A stretch of 64,000 nt of DNA, taken from positions 96,001-160,000 of IMG/VR virus record IMGVR_UViG_3300031994_000010; one strand, written 5' to 3'. A program made the translations under genes and the position numbers. The DNA is from a virus (Duplodnaviria; Caudoviricetes). Under the pieces are notes generated by a model. That model was given only the letters and a program-made list of their open reading frames with translations. It searched no databases and was not told the DNA's origin. Below are positions 29,339-40,923 of the stretch, piece by piece. Every line of letters begins with the position of its first letter. Within the stretch, counting starts at the first letter, position 1.

Positions 29339-30820
29339 TTATCCTCCTATTCTTTGTTTAATAGATTTGAGCCAATCTGATGTTACGGTATGGCCTGAGT
29401 TTTCGCATAGATTATAAGCCGCTTTATATTGTAATTCATCCCATTTACTCCATTCTTGTTTTGGTTGAACACGAACTTTGTTTTTAAGTGAATAAATCCA
29501 ATCAATATCGGATTCAACACTGCTTCTATATTGCTCTACTTTAGCATTCTTAGCTTCCATTAACAATATATTCAATATATTTGACATGTGATTTTTATCA
29601 TCTTCAGTCCAATCTTTTTGTATTTCGCTAATAGCATCTGCTTTTCCCCTTTCATATTCTGCATTAAAGAAATCAGATAATATAGGACGGTTCTCAATCT
29701 TCTTCAACTCTTTTTTCTCGGAATCCCATTCATAGCCATCTTCTTTCATCTTTTGAAACAATAAATCGCGTTGTTCTTTGGTTGCTGGATGAACATTTGT
29801 ACGATGTCCACACTCACCCCCATAAAATATACCACTAAAACCAATAAAACAATATGAATTAAAGTAGTCTAAACCACGCTCTTTGTAAATAGCAACAAAT
29901 GGATACTGATAATCATCAATAGGTTCTATTGCAAGTATATCACCAGGCTTTGCATCATTGATAGTCCAAAGATGATAGTCATTTTCTAAGTCATTGAAAT
30001 AAAAAGTATTAAAATCTTCACCATCAAGAACATAAGACTTATTTGTCATGTTGACAATTTGTCTTATAACTTTTCTACCATCTGACATATCATGTACTAC
30101 CCAATTACCAACATTAAATTTTGGCTCAACCTTATCAGCAGGCTTATGTTCAACAGGCTTACAAAAATGAGGGTCTATACTATTGTAGTCTTGTATAGGG
30201 GTTTGTTCATCTTGCTTTTTAGCGGGCTTATAAGTTCCGTCATTTTGAACTACATTTAGCCAAAAACTAAGACTTCCTATAAGTTCTTCTTTAGGAAGAC
30301 TGTCAAACTTTCCAATAAGGGCTTGCAATCTTGTATCAAACTCGGTTGGATTTATTTCCACAGGTTTACCTTGCTTTTCAAGTTCAGCGTATTTATCGAG
30401 AATTTCTTGTTTGCCCTCACGATAACCTCTCCAGTACTCTTTATTTGCATTATCTACGTTAGAGTTTTGTTTTTCAAGCCAAGCAAGCGCCTTTTGAACC
30501 ATCGGTACATTTATGTCATTTTGCTTCATTGTTCTAATGAGATACTGCCTAACCTCTTCATCTTCTTTATTGATGTTTTTGGTTAGTTTTTGCTTTTCAA
30601 GCCAATCAATATAGCGTTCTTCATTAGGAATATTAACTTTGACAAATTTAATTAGTTCTTTCCTTATCTTCTCATCCTCACTCTCTTTGAGTTCGGGGAA
30701 GATTTCTTCAAAGTCCTTTTCGTAGGTGATTATTGTCCACCCATTTTCCTTGCCTTTTTCGATTAGTTCTCTAATCTTTTGCAATGCTTCTTTGTATTTC
30801 TTTTCGTAGTCCATAATCAC
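29339..30820 (-). CDS. modular hypothetical protein (IFPELKESEDEKIRK / WLEKQ repeats)
   Basis: 493 aa; modules shared with 34111..34635. Confidence 0.75.
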   Translation of the reverse strand: MIMDYEKKYKEALQKIRELIEKGKENGWTIITYEKDFEEIFPELKESEDEKIRKELIKFVKVNIPNEERYIDWLEKQKLTKNINKEDEEVRQYLIRTMKQNDINVPMVQKALAWLEKQNSNVDNANKEYWRGYREGKQEILDKYAELEKQGKPVEINPTEFDTRLQALIGKFDSLPKEELIGSLSFWLNVVQNDGTYKPAKKQDEQTPIQDYNSIDPHFCKPVEHKPADKVEPKFNVGNWVVHDMSDGRKVIRQIVNMTNKSYVLDGEDFNTFYFNDLENDYHLWTINDAKPGDILAIEPIDDYQYPFVAIYKERGLDYFNSYCFIGFSGIFYGGECGHRTNVHPATKEQRDLLFQKMKEDGYEWDSEKKELKKIENRPILSDFFNAEYERGKADAISEIQKDWTEDDKNHMSNILNILLMEAKNAKVEQYRSSVESDIDWIYSLKNKVRVQPKQEWSKWDELQYKAAYNLCENSGHTVTSDWLKSIKQRIGG

Positions 30821-31182
30821 AATAAATTAAGTTCATGAAGTTTAATAATCATTTTGTAGCAAGCATCTATAAGGTTGTCTGCTTTAAAATGTAAACCACT
30901 CATGTGTGGGTATGTGATATAGTTGTCATAAAGTGATATTACTGGTTTGCTACCTTGAATTTCCGGTAAAACACAAAGCAATGCTGCAAGACTCCAACAA
31001 GGAACAACATCAACTTCCTTGCCAACAAGAAGACCTTTATATTCTTCTTTCCATTCAGAATATGGACGAAGAATCACATCATAAGGGTCTTCACCAATAC
31101 ATTTATAGCACATGTCTGCACTCTCAAGTGGCAGAAACTCTACCAACTTTTTACTTTGTTCTAATGATGTATAACTTTTCAT
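30817..31182 (-). CDS. hypothetical protein (MKSYT...ESADM...PCWSLAAL family)
   Basis: tandem paralog of 31185..31559; start trimmed to MKSYT. Confidence 0.7.
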   Translation of the reverse strand: MKSYTSLEQSKKLVEFLPLESADMCYKCIGEDPYDVILRPYSEWKEEYKGLLVGKEVDVVPCWSLAALLCVLPEIQGSKPVISLYDNYITYPHMSGLHFKADNLIDACYKMIIKLHELNLL

Positions 31183-31184
31183 AA

Positions 31185-31559
31185 TTAAATATATTCTTCT
31201 TTTTTTAACCAACAAACCATTTCAAATATAACATCTATCATATTATAAGATTCTTCACAAATATGTATACTAACATCGTCACTTTTGTAATAAGCAACCC
31301 ATCTGTTTATACCATCTTTTGAAAGATAAAACTTATAAACATTTCCATTATCATCCATTATTGAAGGTAGAATAAAATTAGATAATGCGGCAAGACTCCA
31401 ACAAGGTAATTGATTATATATTATAGAATAATCTCCTATATGTGGTATAGGGCGATAACCATTTTCAAAAGAATGATTAGAATAATACATATCAGCACTT
31501 TTAAGTGGTAGAAATTCTGCTAACTTACGACTCTGTTCTATATCTGTATAACTTTTCAT
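31185..31559 (-). CDS. hypothetical protein (MKSYT...SADM...PCWSLAAL family)
   Basis: tandem paralog. Confidence 0.7.
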   Translation of the reverse strand: MKSYTDIEQSRKLAEFLPLKSADMYYSNHSFENGYRPIPHIGDYSIIYNQLPCWSLAALSNFILPSIMDDNGNVYKFYLSKDGINRWVAYYKSDDVSIHICEESYNMIDVIFEMVCWLKKEEYI

Positions 31560-31562
31560 ATT

Positions 31563-31829
31563 TTACTCTTCTTTCATATATTTCTTAATATCCTCAATCA
31601 ACGTATCTATTCCATAAGAATTCCCAAAATGAAAATTTCTAATAATGTAACCACTAAGTAAATGTTCAATTCCTTCACAAACCTTTTCAATAAAGGCATC
31701 AGTGCGGATGTATTCAATATCTCTATGAAAATTTAAATGGCTTTTACTAAACGTTGCAAGTAAAACATTATCTGGTTCTCCAAAAGAAGGAGTCATATAA
31801 ATCTTCTCTGGTGCTTCGTTTGCTTTCAT
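31563..31829 (-). CDS. hypothetical protein
   Basis: 88 aa ORF. Confidence 0.65.
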   Translation of the reverse strand: MKANEAPEKIYMTPSFGEPDNVLLATFSKSHLNFHRDIEYIRTDAFIEKVCEGIEHLLSGYIIRNFHFGNSYGIDTLIEDIKKYMKEE

Positions 31830-31832
31830 AAC

Positions 31833-32294
31833 TTATCCCACTTTTGCTTTAAATCCAAGTTCAAAGAAACGTCTTGCCGTATATAACGCATATAAATCAT
31901 TAAATATATAGTTCTCACAACATTTATCAAATTCTTTCTCTAAGTCAACCTCTTTTACCTCAACATTAAAACTATTTGTATTCAGTAAATCATCAAGATA
32001 TGCCCATTTTACAGTGCCATTAACAATTTTTCCTATTGTTGAAACTGCTAAACCATCTTCTTTTATACAAATAATTTGATTTGTACTATCTTCAGGAACG
32101 GTTGTTCTTGCATTATTCCAAATAAAATTTTCCACCTCTTTCACTTCAAGGGTGTTGATGAAAGAAAGTAATTCGTTTAAATCTTCAATATTACTTTCAT
32201 ATACAGGTTTTATCATCTGTATATTTTCATAATACTTTTTTATTCTCTCTATCTCCGTCACTATAGCGGCTTTGTCTACCAGTTTCATAATCAA
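31833..32294 (-). CDS. hypothetical protein (EVKEVDLEKE module)
   Basis: paralog of 28794..29090. Confidence 0.7.
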   Translation of the reverse strand: MIMKLVDKAAIVTEIERIKKYYENIQMIKPVYESNIEDLNELLSFINTLEVKEVENFIWNNARTTVPEDSTNQIICIKEDGLAVSTIGKIVNGTVKWAYLDDLLNTNSFNVEVKEVDLEKEFDKCCENYIFNDLYALYTARRFFELGFKAKVG

Positions 32295-32476
32295 TCTTTT
32301 ATATGTTTATCAACAAATATCATCCACTTAATCTGTAATGCGACCAAAACAATAATGAATATAATTGTACCAAATAATACCAGAGCATGTTCAAGACCCC
32401 AAGAAATCCACATTAGAATAAATAGTATCATACAAAGAGGAACTATTGTTATCAAAAACTTTAAAAACTTTTTCAT
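32291..32476 (-). CDS. small two-TM membrane protein
   Basis: two hydrophobic helices. Confidence 0.55.
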   Translation of the reverse strand: MKKFLKFLITIVPLCMILFILMWISWGLEHALVLFGTIIFIIVLVALQIKWMIFVDKHIKD

Positions 32477-32581
32477 TTGTAAATCGTGTTGTTAGCTGTA
32501 ATCTTCTACATTAATTTATTTCTGCCGTTCTTCAACAATTAGTTCAATTCCTTTCATATCTGTAATCATGTTAACAAGTTC

Positions 32582-33163
32582 TTAGTTTTGAAATTTATTA
32601 TAGTATTCGTGTATTAAATTATCTATATTATTTTTTTCTACACCCATTCTCATATTTCTCCACCTTGTTATCAATTCGTAGTTCAATCTAATTGGATTAG
32701 GAATTTTCTCATTATTAAGAATACCAACACATAATTTTACTTCTCTTGAAGTGATACCTTCGAATCCGTCGGTTTGTACGAAGTTGAAAAGTTGTTCGTC
32801 TTTAAAATCATCATCATCGTCAAGAATGACATAACTTTCGAGTTCTTCTTTATGATTATCAACCCACCTTTGTATTTCATCACCTCTCCAAGTACCTTTA
32901 CTATCTGTTATATCATAAATCTGATTAACAAAATTTTCAAAAGGTGTTTTTATATTTTTGGAACATTTTTTATTATATATTTTGTTTTTGAAATCCTCAA
33001 CATTATCATTTTCATGTTTCCATGATGAACTGACAACAATCTTTGCGTCTGTTTGTTGTATAATCTCGTCAAGTAATTTTAACTTTTCAACATCAATATT
33101 CCAATGGCTGTAATATGTTGTTATTACACCATCGAAATCAAGAAATATTACTTTCATTTTCAA
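32582..33163 (-). CDS. HAD domain protein (Swiss-army-knife RNA repair type)
   Basis: FLDFDGV, IVVSSSW, RGDEI, YVILDD. Confidence 0.8.
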   Translation of the reverse strand: MKMKVIFLDFDGVITTYYSHWNIDVEKLKLLDEIIQQTDAKIVVSSSWKHENDNVEDFKNKIYNKKCSKNIKTPFENFVNQIYDITDSKGTWRGDEIQRWVDNHKEELESYVILDDDDDFKDEQLFNFVQTDGFEGITSREVKLCVGILNNEKIPNPIRLNYELITRWRNMRMGVEKNNIDNLIHEYYNKFQN

Positions 33164-33291
33164 TCTTCTTTCTTAACTTTTGCTTTCTTGTATTTCTACT
33201 TATACAATCAGTAATGTTTTCCCACCAATTTATCCAACCTTTCTTTGGATGAACATCTCGCTTTGTAGGAAACTTAACTGTTTTTCTTCCC

Positions 33292-33705
33292 TCAGGTTTC
33301 ATAAAGATTATTTTCTTCAGTTACTTCAATAGCCAATTCGCGTTTTATGAGGCCTCGGAAATCAAAATGACGAGCATTAAGCCAATCTAAATATTCTGAA
33401 AAAGTTTCTTTATTAAGTTCCTGATGCTCATGTGCCTGAAAAGTAAATTTATATTGAAATGTATAATACTCTTTCATCTCTTCCTCGGTCATAGATGACA
33501 TTGGACGGAGATATGGTTTAAGATATATTTCATCTTGAATATACAAGCCAAACACATCGGTATTTAATGTTAAACAACCTTCACTACATATTCTTAATCT
33601 ATCACTACTGCCATGCTCTTTGCTGTAGGTAATATCAACCTTGACATTATAAGGCAATCTTGCAGAAAGGTCTTTTAATAATAGTTCTTTATCTTCTTGT
33701 GTCAT
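33292..33705 (-). CDS. hypothetical protein (MTQEDKELLLKDL family)
   Basis: 137 aa ORF. Confidence 0.7.
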   Translation of the reverse strand: MTQEDKELLLKDLSARLPYNVKVDITYSKEHGSSDRLRICSEGCLTLNTDVFGLYIQDEIYLKPYLRPMSSMTEEEMKEYYTFQYKFTFQAHEHQELNKETFSEYLDWLNARHFDFRGLIKRELAIEVTEENNLYET

Positions 33706-33864
33706 AGATTCCTTTATTTATAAGATTATTCATTTCTTTTCTAAAATATTCAAGTTGAGTTGGAAGAACATTATTAATCCATTCATCAATGTAATGATGA
33801 TATTTATTATGCCAACTTGTTTTGCATCGCCATAATAAATAATCTTTTTCTTCCTGTGTCATAG

Positions 33865-34098
33865 TTATTTATCTTTAAAAACCACGACACTATCTATAGG
33901 AATACTATCTACATAGGTAATTTTAAGTGTAGTCTTTCCTTGATAGACATCCATTGCTGTAGGATGATTACCTGCAATAAAAATTATAATTCCTACGGTT
34001 ACTGCAAATATTCCTACTATAGCTCTTAAATCACAATCAGTAACAGCAGTAATGATTATTACACCGAGCGAAACTAATATAGCACCTACATAAATCAT
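33865..34098 (-). CDS. small membrane protein
   Basis: two TM helices then PTAMDVYQGKTTL. Confidence 0.6.
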   Translation of the reverse strand: MIYVGAILVSLGVIIITAVTDCDLRAIVGIFAVTVGIIIFIAGNHPTAMDVYQGKTTLKITYVDSIPIDSVVVFKDK

Positions 34099-34110
34099 AA
34101 TTATTTTTTT

Positions 34111-34635
34111 TTAATCAGTAATAGGTTTTCCGAAATACGGATCAATACTATTGTAATCTTTAACATTAGAATTATCCTGTTCCCCTTGCTTTTTGCTTGG
34201 TTTAGCCACTCTCTTTAATTGTGAAAGATTTACAAGAACACCATCTCTATTGCGTGTTACTTTATCTCCTATTTGAATCTTATTACAAAAATTAGCGTAT
34301 GCACCTTGTCTTTCAAGCCATGTAATACATTTTTCTATGCAAGACACATCACTTACATAACATTTTTGCTGATTGAGATAAAATATGCACGTTTCTTTCA
34401 TTTCTTCATCCTCTTCACTATTTGTAGATGTTTGTTTCCTACAAATATAATTGATATATCTTTGGGCTTCTTCATACGGAACATTATCCCAAAGTATTTT
34501 ACATATCTTTTTCCTTATCTTCTCATCATTAGATTCTTTAAGTTCTGGAAAGATATATGCAAGGCTTTCTGTAATAGTGCCTTGTTCATACAATTTCTTA
34601 GCTTTTTCTAAAGCTTCGTTATATTTGTCCAACAT
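34111..34635 (-). CDS. modular hypothetical protein
   Basis: shares IFPELKES and DYNSIDP modules with 29339..30820. Confidence 0.7.
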   Translation of the reverse strand: MLDKYNEALEKAKKLYEQGTITESLAYIFPELKESNDEKIRKKICKILWDNVPYEEAQRYINYICRKQTSTNSEEDEEMKETCIFYLNQQKCYVSDVSCIEKCITWLERQGAYANFCNKIQIGDKVTRNRDGVLVNLSQLKRVAKPSKKQGEQDNSNVKDYNSIDPYFGKPITD

Positions 34636-34844
34636 TTATAATGGTTTTCTTATGCAAATCTTTTCTGTCCATTTTAATAGCCATTTCAGCTTTTTCTAAA
34701 GTATCATAGAAACCTGTTGTATAGGCATCTATATTTTCAAAGTTCCACCAGAATAATCCAAGTATTTTCTTTTGTGCTTCGTAAGCTACGTCACCATTAG
34801 GATATTCGTGCTTTACAATTCTATATTTTGCCAAAGTATTTTTA

Positions 34845-34881
34845 TATAAAAAATGCTCCTCTCTATATAGAAAGGAGCATT
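34845..34881 (-). terminator. rho-independent terminator after sigma gene
   Basis: AATGCTCCT/AGGAGCATT stem with U-run. Confidence 0.6.
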
Positions 34882-34949
34882 ATTACTTTAAAGAGTAAAA
34901 AAAAAATAATATACAAAGAGTTACTGGACAAAGCTGTTTTATACGTTTC

Positions 34950-35795
34950 CTAGGCCATATATTTCTTTAAAAGAGTAAGACCTTTACAATGTCTCAGTTT
35001 ATCAAGACTTTTTTCTTTAAGTTGTCTTGTTCTTTCTCTAGTCAATCCAAGCTCTATAGCTATTTCATCTAAAGACTGTGGAATACAATTAATACCAAAG
35101 AATTTTTTCAGTATTACAATTTCTCGTTCATCAAGTACCTTACTAAGAACAGCATTAAGCTCTATAGTTAATGAAGAAGAATCTTTAGTTTCTTCTGCTT
35201 GCAGAATATTTGAAAATGGCATATTATCATTGTCTAACAACAAGTTATCCAATGAAAGATGTTTCTTATCTGCAATAAGAATTGGTTTAATTTTACTTTC
35301 TTTAATATTAAATTTATTTGCAATTTCATAGGAAGTAGGTGGTCTTCCATTTTCCTGTTCAAAACTCTCTTTATAAGTATTTATTTTATGTAAGAGAGTT
35401 GCCTGATTTAAAGGAATATGAACCATTCTACTTTGTTCTGAAAGTGCTAGCAGAATGCTTTGACGTATCCACCAAATAGCATAAGAAATAAATTTAAATC
35501 CCCTAGTCTCATCAAACCGTTCAGCAGCAGTTATTAATCCAAAATTACCTTCATTTATTAAATCAATTAAAGATAATCCTTGATACTGATATTGCTTTGC
35601 TACTGAAACAACAAAACGAAGATTTGCTTTTATGAGTTCGTCTTTAGCTTGTTTGTCTCCTTTATGGATTCTTCGTGCTAATTCTTCTTCTTCTAAAGGA
35701 GAAATAGTTTTAATTTTTGAAATATCTGAAAGATATTTTGCTAGTGCTCTATCTGTACGATTTGTCAAATTGACATTAATCTTTAGTTGTCTCAT
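34950..35795 (-). CDS. RNA polymerase sigma-70 factor (Bacteroidetes RpoD-like); stop is TAG
   Basis: ANLRFVVSVAKQY, DLINEGN, RGFKFISYAIWWIRQSI, LTRERTRQ. Confidence 0.92.
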   Translation of the reverse strand: MRQLKINVNLTNRTDRALAKYLSDISKIKTISPLEEEELARRIHKGDKQAKDELIKANLRFVVSVAKQYQYQGLSLIDLINEGNFGLITAAERFDETRGFKFISYAIWWIRQSILLALSEQSRMVHIPLNQATLLHKINTYKESFEQENGRPPTSYEIANKFNIKESKIKPILIADKKHLSLDNLLLDNDNMPFSNILQAEETKDSSSLTIELNAVLSKVLDEREIVILKKFFGINCIPQSLDEIAIELGLTRERTRQLKEKSLDKLRHCKGLTLLKKYMA

Positions 35796-35813
35796 CTTTC
35801 TTTTAATACAATT

Positions 35814-36908
35814 TTAGTTAACTGTTCTATATTCTGATGTCTTCATTGCTAATGTTATTGCTTCTCCTACGAGTGCGAGATTGGCAAGTAGATAGTGGTC
35901 TCCGACGGTTGTTCCCGCGATTTCCGCAGTTGTAAGTAGTTGGGAACGTAGCTTTCGGTCGTTGCACATTGTTGCAGCTCCGATAGCAAAAGCTGTTCCT
36001 GAAGGACTGAGATTGAAGATTATTGGTCCTGCATCAATATCGAATCCGAAGAGACATTTTTCTTGATGATATTCTTTGATTCCCGGAATTGGGAGATTTT
36101 GTTTGAAGAGTTTCTTAAATGTCCCGAACTGTTGTTTTGCGAAATCGATGTCTATTAATGACAAGTAGTAACAATTGAGTGCAGAATAGGATCCTTTAAT
36201 AGTTGAACTTATAGTTCCATCGTCTTCCAAATAAGATGTGAGTAATCCTGTATTCTTTTCAATCCATTCCGTTTTTGCTTTACTCATCCATTTGTCTACG
36301 AGGTCTTGGTATTTTCCATTATATAGCTTACTATAGATATTTAATGCTACAATTGCAACAAGCATATCTGGAATGTAGATTTGTTCGTAGGGGTAAGTAG
36401 GAATGTTAAGTATAGGACTGTTACTAATTCGTTTATACATTGCTTTACAAAGAGAATGATATAAGTAATCGAATTGATTATCATTATAGACGGACTTATA
36501 TTCTCCTATCATCCATGCTAAATGACTGTAATAGGAAAGATGACTAAGATTTCCATCTAATCCTTTAATAGGATCTTCGTACCATCTTTTTGTATCGTAC
36601 TCTCTGATTTCTTCAGACATAGCAATTTTGATAATCTTAACTATTTGTTCTTTGTAACTTGGCTTTGCTATGTTTGTAAGTGCCTTACAGGCCATCGAAC
36701 AAGAATAGATAGCCCATTCTCCCTGAAATTGTGATCCAATTTGTTGGGGCATTTCAGAAAGAAGTTGTTGAGATGAGGTTGCTATTTTGGAGATGAGATA
36801 ATTAGCCCGTTTAAGGACGTCTTTTTTCTCACTTCTTAGTCTGAATATTATAACCCATATTATTTTTACAATAATGGGAAACAACAGAATTGTGAAAAGG
36901 ATTTTCAT
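35814..36908 (-). CDS. hypothetical protein, N-terminal TM, possible linalool dehydratase-like alpha-barrel
   Basis: 364 aa TAG-free ORF; DIDAGPI motif; fold guess only. Confidence 0.55.
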   Translation of the reverse strand: MKILFTILLFPIIVKIIWVIIFRLRSEKKDVLKRANYLISKIATSSQQLLSEMPQQIGSQFQGEWAIYSCSMACKALTNIAKPSYKEQIVKIIKIAMSEEIREYDTKRWYEDPIKGLDGNLSHLSYYSHLAWMIGEYKSVYNDNQFDYLYHSLCKAMYKRISNSPILNIPTYPYEQIYIPDMLVAIVALNIYSKLYNGKYQDLVDKWMSKAKTEWIEKNTGLLTSYLEDDGTISSTIKGSYSALNCYYLSLIDIDFAKQQFGTFKKLFKQNLPIPGIKEYHQEKCLFGFDIDAGPIIFNLSPSGTAFAIGAATMCNDRKLRSQLLTTAEIAGTTVGDHYLLANLALVGEAITLAMKTSEYRTVN

Positions 36909-37059
36909 TGTTTTTAATTTTAATTAGACTTATGCCTATTTTTATGCCACTCTTCCATAGAGTAAAGAACAGCTACCATTGTAAAAACAAATCCTAGCAA
37001 TAATGCTAGCATAATTCCAAGAATAATTAATAGATCTGTTAACATATAATTTATTAAAA

Positions 37060-38484
37060 TTATGGAGTAAGATTACTTAGATCAATATAAATTTCAGGGG
37101 GAGGTGATGCTAAATCTCCTGTTAAGGGTATTTTTTTCGGAGTATTAGAAGTCGCTGCCTCCCAAGGAGTTCTAACAATTACAGGTGTTCCAGCACGATC
37201 GGTAGCCTCTAAACCTACTCTCATTAAAGCTTTCTGCCAAAGAGGAGTGTAGTGATCATCATCACTATTTAACCACTTTTTCATATATTCTTTAGGTTTA
37301 AACTTCCATATATCCTATTCCATTGTATACCTGGTTCCAGCAGCATCAACTCCTTCGAATAACCGATGTCCAGCGGCATCGTATCCAACATTTACATCGG
37401 TATCTATCATTGACGTAACTCCTTGTGATCCAGTAGTTCTTACTTTACCCGACATAGGTTCAGTTTTAGAAGTGCCGTATACTTGAATATTTTTAGCTTT
37501 ACCAGAATAATTATCAGCTACATAATCAGTATGTGTTCCAAAATCTTTTCCTTGAGCTTTTTTATAAAGTCCAAATCCAGAGTCTATTTCTTTTCCATAA
37601 AGAAAAGCATCTATTACATCATCTTTTCCTCTAAGGTTTTCTGGAATCCAATCAAAACCTCCGTAATAGTATTCTTCTGGTGAAGCAAATCTAAATGAAT
37701 TATAATAACCTTTGTTTCCAGTAGGAGTACCTGTAAGAATATACTTTCCGATTGCTCTCATTCTTTGGTAATCTTTACTAGCTATGATATCTTTTATATT
37801 ATTTAGATTGGATTTTAATCCATCCTACATAGGAGAAGTTCTCATGAAAGTTTCTATTCCTCTTCTTGAAACATTAGTTCCATATTTAGGAACCCAGTAT
37901 CCTCCTACCCACATTCCTGGATTTGTCCATTCTGCAGGTTCTTTGTCAAGACCTGTCCAATCATGCATATTTTCGGCCCACGATTTACCTGTAGCAAGAT
38001 TCATGCCAAAGTCTACGGCTTTACTTCCTGCCCATCCTCCTGCCATTGCAGCAGCGGCAGTGATAGGTGCCGAAAACGCTGCACCTCCCAATCCTCCAAT
38101 GATTATTCCTGGTACGGTGTATTTTCCTGGAAGAACTTCATTGTGAGAAAGTCGATAGTTGAGTTCCCGGAAGTATTGGTTGGCTGCGTCTACAGGTGCA
38201 GAAACCTCTTCCGCTGGTTTAACTTCTCCTTGGTTTGCATCAGGATAATTAGTTTCTCCTTGTGCATCTATGTAGGGTTTGTTGTAGTTGATCTGCTAAA
38301 TGTATTCTTGTATTTGCTGCAAGAGTTCTGGTGATGGATTATCGACGACTGTTCCGTCGGGAGCTACTATTTTAAGATTTTTTGCTCCCAACGCAGAATT
38401 TTTAATATTATACTTCTATCCTTCTTTTGTAGTAAGAACGTAAGAAGTTTCATCAGTGGGTTCGTTATTAATTGTTAATGCCAT
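37060..38484 (-). CDS. code-15 protein, 474 aa (probable virion/late protein)
   Basis: ATG 38484 (MALTINNE...); joins ORF fragments 37825-38091, 37315-37761, 37060-37284 in one frame broken only by TAG. Confidence 0.8.
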
Positions 38485-38729
38485 TCTAATTAATATTTAT
38501 TAAGGTAAAATAGGGCAATGCCTCTATTTTGGCGATTATTAATTGTTCTTATACATTACTTTTTATGCCCAAGAAGCTGGACAGTATAATGGTTCGCGAG
38601 ATTTGTTAGAATTGATTTTTTTGTCAATCCTATCCATAAGTTCCTCTAAAGTAATACCTTCTTTTTTGGCCCTTAATTCTAATACTAAACGATCAATCAT
38701 ATTTTACTTAGATTTCTTTTAACATAAAT

Positions 38730-40406
38730 TTAGTCAGAATTTGACTGACCATTTATTTTGATATTTCCTCCTTTTTTAAGGAAGCGTTCATTATATAGTT
38801 GAATGTCGATAGGATCATAATAGTTTAGAATATCTGATATGTCAAGATTTCCATGGCTTTTTCCTTTATTAATCATACTGTTGAACGCGGAATTTACTTT
38901 TTGTTCGAAAATCTCTGGACTAGTTTTTTCTAGTTCTGGATATCTTCGTCTTAGAACATCTTTAACTGTTTCTCTTGCGGAAACAACTCGTGCTCTAACT
39001 TCTTCAGGCATTCGATAATATGATGATGGATTATTTTTAAATTTTGGTAACAGCCCATTATTATGTTCTATCATTTTTGCTAAAGTTGGGTTTAATTCAT
39101 TCCATTCTGAAATAATACTAGGGTCTGCCCCTAATGTATCCTAATAGAAATTATATATGTTACCAGATGCTGCATGTCCATTAACTTCATGAATTGCTGT
39201 ATCTCTTAATCCTGAGTATGTTCGATTCTAATTATGTCCTCGAATTAAACTACTAGTAAGATTATTATCCACACTTAAAGAAACATCGGATTTGGGAGCG
39301 TGATTGGGATCATCTAAATACTACCAATAGTAGAAATCATTTTCAGTATTAAACTGACCAAGTGAATCGTCAGTTATGTGTCCCTCTCCTTCCATCAACT
39401 GTGTTCCTTCCAAATTATTCCGATATATATCTTTTGCTTCTTGTATCTCTCTTTCAGAGAATCCAGCATTTCGCATTCTTTGCTCCCAAACTGGACTACC
39501 ATACATATCATATCCAGCTTGTTTAGCATCACTAAACGCAAGAGCTTTATCCATATCATCGAGGGATAATGTCCTTGGTTCTATAGTTGTTGCTTTATCA
39601 GTATAAGAAGACTTCTGCTATGCTGAATAAGGTCTACGTAAAACTCCTTGTCCATTAACCGTAACTCCTCCAGTTTCTTGTACTGCATTTTGTACACCAG
39701 ACTATGGTTTTTCTACTAAGTCAGTAGCTACCTGTCTTGGTTTAAATCTTGAAGTCCATTTAGAAGCAGCTGTTCGGGCATTCTTAAATGCCTTAGCCGC
39801 AGCTGGAGTTACTCCTAAGTCAAACATAAGATCTAAATCCTAATCTTCAAAGAATCCAGGATTTTCTGGATCCCAAGGAGCTTTGCCACTTTTAATTGTT
39901 CCTATTAAACGGCTAGGCATCATAGAAGGAAATACATACTAAGCAGTAAAGTTCGATACAGGAGTATCAATATTTTGTAAATAATTATAAGTTGGATTCG
40001 TTACTCCAGTATAAACCATAGAAGGATTCATACTAGCAGAGCTGACCATACTTCTTTCTAGGTTTTGCATACCTGGAAGTAATACTCTGTCTCCAAACCA
40101 CTCTAATCCTGCTCTTACTGGTTTTATTGCTGCTCTTGGATCAAATGCAGAACTATAAGTATATCTAGGATTCCAATGAAATTCCTTACCTGCATCAAAG
40201 AAATTACGAGGAGTATTCTACTAATCAATTTGACTCTTTATTTTTCCAGCTAACTCAGGAGTAACTTCAATTGGATTACCATCCGGTCCTGATATTTTTA
40301 GATTATCTTTTAAAGTCCCACTTTCAGATATTGCTGTATCAAAAATCCTATAAGGCTATCCATCTATTTCAAATTCATACAATACTTTTTTATTATCTGT
40401 AGGCAT
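38730..40406 (-). CDS. code-15 protein, 558 aa, zincin-like HEVNGH motif
   Basis: ATG 40406 (MPTDNKK...); fragments 39321-39554 and 38730-39074 in same frame; AIHEVNGH...PEEVRAR. Confidence 0.75.
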
Positions 40407-40497
40407 AGGTATTAAATTTTTAAAATATATTATTCAAATATTTATCTATTATATAAAATTCTTGTTCCATTTTGCTCCGTATTTTATAGTAGATTTG

Positions 40498-40923
40498 TTA
40501 TATCAATAAATAAAGGATAATATAGATGAGAATAGGAACAACTACACAGATAATAACCGATGCAGTCCAATAGTCCCATCCTATTCGTTGAAACTTTAGC
40601 AAGAATTCTACCGAGAGTTGAAATACCGTATCACACCATTTGCTAAAGAACTTGCGTTTTGTTATGATGATATATGTCCAAAGAGTTACCCATAATGTTG
40701 TAAGTATAGGTAACTGATATAAACAATCTACCATCATACACCACGTTAATGGTATGATAAGATAATATCCAATGATGTTAACTTCATTGTATGTTAGGTG
40801 AAGACACTTTGCTATAATTCTCAGACTTGCAGCTGTTGCCCCGAAGACGCCTAACACGATCAGCATGGGGGCCGCAATAATTAGGGTCTTTGATGTTTTC
40901 AAAAAATTCATTTTTTTCTTCAT
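40498..40923 (-). CDS. multi-pass membrane protein (TAG-free)
   Basis: hydrophobic 141 aa ORF. Confidence 0.7.
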   Translation of the reverse strand: MKKKMNFLKTSKTLIIAAPMLIVLGVFGATAASLRIIAKCLHLTYNEVNIIGYYLIIPLTWCMMVDCLYQLPILTTLWVTLWTYIIITKRKFFSKWCDTVFQLSVEFLLKFQRIGWDYWTASVIICVVVPILIYIILYLLI

